Under the pieces are notes generated by a model. It ran no database searches. It was not told where the DNA came from and saw only the letters and a list, made by a program, of their open reading frames with translations. Positions 59,581-64,000 of a DNA stretch of 64,000 nt are shown here, one piece after another. Position 1 is the stretch's first letter. Each line of letters opens with the position of its first letter. The translations under genes and the position numbers were made by a program. This DNA comes from Takakia lepidozioides (lineage: Eukaryota > Plantae > Bryophyta), in contig CM060732.1 of assembly GCA_030704615.1 (NCBI GenBank), positions 69,316,001-69,380,000 of the forward strand, in the 5' to 3' direction.

Positions 59581-62500
59581 CTAAGAAGTTGAACTAGGGT
59601 CCTTCTTTAGCATAGCCCTAACCTCTAACTGGCTAAGGGAAGGTTGGTGGATCTCATAAGCCCCGGCGCATCCTAGATGCACGTTGTACATGAAGTACAT
59701 GTGCTTACAAGGTAGATATGTTTGTTTTTTCTTCTTGACAGATAGCTCATCAAAGTCGGGACAATCACAAGATGGAAACTGATCAATGTATACATTGTAA
59801 ACCAATCCTGCTCTGGTAGATCCCTCTGTTTGTAGCTCGTAAATTCTCCCATAACCTGGCTGAGGCATGTTTCTGAATCCACGAACCTCAGCAATAAGAG
59901 TCTTCGTTGACTCTTGGCGACTCAAGTGTCGAGGAGTCGGATCCCAACGCCGAATGCGCACCCCATAGCGTGTAGTGGGATACTTACCCACAGGAAGGAC
60001 AACACCTTGATGAATATGTTGTTCCACTGGAAGTGGTCCCACAGGAAAGTTCGGATCAGGAACGTTGGGAGGATGGACTAGTCGAAAACCTGCAAGGGTC
60101 AAGTTGTCCACCTCTTCTTGTGTAAGGTTGGTTCCAACCTTCACAGGCCACACGTTAGGTATACCCGGTTTTCCCAAGCAATAGGATGGCACGGTCCCTC
60201 CAACACACGACAAAACATCTGTGGGGCAAAACCAAAAAACTTGCAGTTTTGGTTCTTTCATGTTCGGTGCTAGTAACTTGCCAGTGAAGCAAGGTGCAGA
60301 CTTCCTTTACCTTTCCTGATGAGCGCTTTGCATTTATCCTTGGAAACTCCAACCAAGGCAGAACAACGAACCATGGAAGCAGGACCTGTCCGCTGAATCC
60401 TGAACAATGCATCGGAAAAGTCTTGTGTCTCTCTCACTGGATTTCCCCATTGCATTGGCTGAGGAGGGATAGCAACATGTGGATTTGTCTCACAGAAAGT
60501 CGAAGAACCAGGAATGTCATGACTTGATTTGGAGCTGACAAACCTAGATGGCTGGTGTGGACTGGGCATCCCAGTGGCGCGCACTGGAACAGTCTTTACA
60601 TTCATATCACACCTCCAAGATTTGTTTGGCCCACCATGCTCATCGCCTAACTTGCGTTTGACTGGAATAGTGCGATTGTCTCCTTCCAATTGAACCCCCC
60701 TTGTGTGCATGGGTGTTCCAGCTACTATGCCACGTACAACCTTACCCATTTTTGCTGGGCTATTAGATCTAGCTGCTTGACGCAACATGAGCTCCTCTTT
60801 GTCGGGCCCCGTCCCCCATGTCTTTCCTGTGGTGTGCGTAAAATGTTGCCTACTGCAAAAGAGCTCGTGACATGTCATGCATGGTGGCCTCATATAGATC
60901 CATCTTCATTTTTTTCCCATTGCCTGCTGTCTTCCACCAAGCAAATGGACTGCCTCAGACAAATTAGTGGTAGGCATATCTGCATCTGCCTCCACATCCA
61001 TGTCCTCTCTCATCCATTGGCCCCACATTCGATATCTGTAGTGCCACCATGCAAGCCATGAATCCAGTTTTGGCAGACTCTTTTCTGTGCATGCTCCTGA
61101 AGAGAGCCACCAAGCCCAAATTACAATGTATGTGGTTGTAGCATCCTCCAAGGTAGCACTATCTTTCCATTCATAACAGAGCTGAGTGTGCCTTTCACGG
61201 AAGTCCTCCAAGATATAGTCGTTGGTGTGTCTTCGGAGGCTTTCAGCCCAATGATATAAACATGTTCTTTCTTTACCTTCCATTGGGACATTGGGATCAG
61301 ATCCATAAACCCTTCGAACAGCAGCCCAATTCGCTCTTGTGCATCCGCCATGAAGCCAACAAAATTTGGTTTGTTCAAGCCAGCAAGTTTTGCTTGTTCA
61401 TTGATCATCTCCCAGAATAACACCTGAGCATCTGCATCCTCTGTTTTCATATCGCAAATGGCAATGGTCATCATTCGCTTGACATATGGTTCATAGACAT
61501 GACACGCAAGAGTTGTCCAATCCTTGATGCGTTTGACATGGTCAAATACTACCCAACTTGTGCGTAGATCCCCCTCACTCATGCGACGCACAAGATCAAC
61601 ACCACTCCCGGGACCAGCAACAGACATCTTGAAAACATGGGGGAGATGAGAAGTATGCTGGCCTGGAAGGAGATTGCTGTGAATGAAATGGTATGTACTC
61701 AGACGCTTCAACTCCAATATGGACATGATGGAATTGACACGTGCAGATGCGACCTTGTTTTTCACATTGGGGCTACAAACATGGGCAAACTCTTCAAGAA
61801 TATCTTCCAAAGCCTCTCCCTCAAGACGTACTGTCTCTGTGCCATCAGCCACAAGAACTCGATCAATCAAGAGCTTCTGGGCCATTGACAAGGAAATAGC
61901 TCCCGGGGTCGACCATGGCTTCATCTTAACGTGCTCTTGAATCATGCTTGATGCATTTTCCGCAGCCTCTCTATTCTCGCCCTTGGCACATGGAGGTTAT
62001 GAAACCCAACGTGAACTGCAACACGTGTATATGTTGGAAGGGAACTTGTGACATAGTACATTCTTGCCCCACAATGCGCCTCACAGAAAGGTCTTTCTTT
62101 GCAGAAACTACACTTGAACTGGTTGAATGGAACTTGGGCTCCTGCAATGAACACCTTGTCTGCATTGCCTTCCCAATAGCGGTCATTCCGTTCTCCTTCT
62201 TTCTTGAAGAAGGGGCAAGTGCTGCTTTGACATATGAGCTTTCCAACACAAAGAACCTTACTACATTTCACATGATCTGGAACACCAGACATATTGTAGG
62301 TATTGGTCTTGCACCAAGGATGACCATCAAACTTGTGGTCCATGCCTTGGAGGGACTGTGAACCACGGTCCGTACGTAGTTTGACCACGGGGGGGAGTTC
62401 GTGGATCACTTTTCCATCAAAAGCTCGAGGAAGACACCGAACACGATGCACTGGAATGTGACTATAGTCCAAGTAGAAAGCTCTCCTTTTGATCCATTCC

Positions 62501-63115
62501 TCCGAGCAGTGGCCAAGATACTCAAAATGGACAACACACCAGAAGGAAATGCAGATGTAGCCTCCTCTGCTAGTCGTGGAGATGAAGATAAACCCCTCGC
62601 AGTTTCGCAACAATCAGACGTGGTGTTGTCCAATGGAGTTTTCCGAGGCTTCATGTCGTGAAGCAAGACCGTATGAGCAGATGAGGAAGGTTGAGATCCA
62701 CAAAATACACTCTTAGAAACCTCAACACAATCCGAATTATGAGACCCCAAGCTCGCCGAATCTGCAACCTCCTCCTTCAATTTACAACTCCCATTTGTTG
62801 CAGCTTGATCGTTTTTCTTGCAATAGAAGTGTGTCTCTCATCATGTGACTGTGTATAGCTCGTACCTGTGACACGGTACTTGGAGAAAGTGTCTGGAAAC
62901 AACTCCCATTGCTTTTGGCCGTCATTGAAAACTGGAAGCAACACTGTGGAGGCATCATCATCTCCATCATCCTCCAAAAAAACTGAACCCGGAACAAGTT
63001 TGAATCTATTGCATAACCAAGGTTCTGGGATAATGCACTTGTTTCCATTGCAAGGATAACGAACCACTTTTGCATCAGGTGGACATGAAAGCAATGCATA
63101 TTTTGGTGTAGACAT
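59581..63115 (-). pseudogene. MULE-type transposase: GCM-like Zn domain, DDE core, SWIM finger
   Basis: DGHPW...CVGKLICQSSTC...CSFC...CGARMYY...HVGFHNLH; VVFDHVKR...FMAD...RTCLYHW (CxxH)...TTNLSEAVH; SCDCPDF...PCKH; several frameshifts. Confidence 0.8.
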
Positions 63116-63815
63116 TTGGCAATGCCCTCAAAGTTTGAGAGAAGATGCAAAATGAATGAAAGCGCACATCTTGCAAGACCTTATGCAAATACATTAAATG
63201 GCTCACATTACTTATGTGTATCATCAATCCAGAAGGTCCAAATTTTTTGAGGCATGTGCTCCATCCATATTATTCTCTGACAGAAACAACTAAATGGACT
63301 ATCCCCTATTTTTAAGACGACGGCGCCGTTGTTGAGATCTTAGAATCCAATGTACTGCCTTCTTCTTATGAGCATATGAAACATAAATGCTCTGCATGTT
63401 TCCATTTATTTTACAACCAATCGTTGATTAATCGTCCAACTATGAACTGACACACTAGACGGCACAATTTATTTACAATCAAATCCCATGACATGTATGT
63501 TGATTTGTTCTTTGATTACTCATGTATGAGTAATGAGTACAAGTATTTGTGGCGACAATTGACTCTAAAACCAATAAATTGATTAAGACACCCTAACAAA
63601 ATATTTAGTTACTTTATCACTTACTTTATATTGTATTATGAAGGCGCCGCCACAAAGTAACATGTCAATCGTACAACCATCTTCTGAGGATCCACGTGTA
63701 ACCCATGTAGTCCAAAAGCACTAACGCCAGAGTATATAAAAAAGGTTCACATTTCAGATTTGGCATTTTTAAGGCCTTCGCCTTCGCCCAAGCCCCCCTT
63801 TCCCCCCGCTCTCCT

Positions 63816-63885
63816 TGGCGGGGGCAGGTTTGAACCCGCAACCTAGTGGAAAATACACCACAACTTTACCAACAAACCATGCTCT
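63816..63885 (-). other. tRNA-like / SINE-head-like sequence
   Basis: Degenerate A box TGGTTTGTTGG and B box GGTTCAAACC at tRNA spacing; no convincing cloverleaf. Confidence 0.35.
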
Positions 63886-64000
63886 ATTCAATGAAACAAC
63901 CTCTACTTTTTTGTTAATAAACTGTTTCTATTCAGTTAAACTTGTTGCCATTACTACATGACTAACCCGGTATCATTACTACACTAACGTAGTCTAGTAT

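Larger units (their letters stand above)
57582..63200 (-). mobile_element. Mutator-like (MULE) DNA transposon nested in the Gypsy copy; far end not identified
   Basis: Sharp junction starting CAGGGTTGCTCACGTC, subterminal hairpin array, transposase-like ORF fragments. Confidence 0.75.

Noticed and set aside
63816-63885. Functional tRNA gene
   Set aside because: A and B boxes are present but the acceptor and anticodon stems do not pair; kept only as a SINE-like remnant.

Overview
This is eukaryotic, intron-containing, transposon-rich DNA, most likely from a non-seed land plant such as a moss (inferred from gene content). It holds three decayed KP4 killer-toxin-like genes (about 1.1-6.2 kb) that the ORF track misses, and a spliced pseudogene with a ParB/Srx-like motif (6.8-9.9 kb). 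A minus-strand alpha/beta-hydrolase-NB-ARC-LRR immune receptor locus spans about 11-37.3 kb. It is broken by a solo LTR, a young 13.3-kb Ty3/Gypsy element with extra ORFs, an 803-bp TTAA-flanked piggyBac-type element, an RTEX-like LINE and a local duplication with inversion. The most unusual element is a second Ty3/Gypsy family (41169-46859). Its pol carries a C5-cytosine DNA methyltransferase ahead of RT and a PHD finger after integrase, and it sits as a circular permutation, as if a 2-LTR circle had been opened at a palindrome inside the LTR. The window ends with a second copy of the large Gypsy element, interrupted by a Mutator-like element (GCM-like, DDE and SWIM domains, a RING cargo ORF and a 12-hairpin subterminal array). 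All calls come from reading motifs by eye. Some 1-bp frameshifts may be assembly errors.
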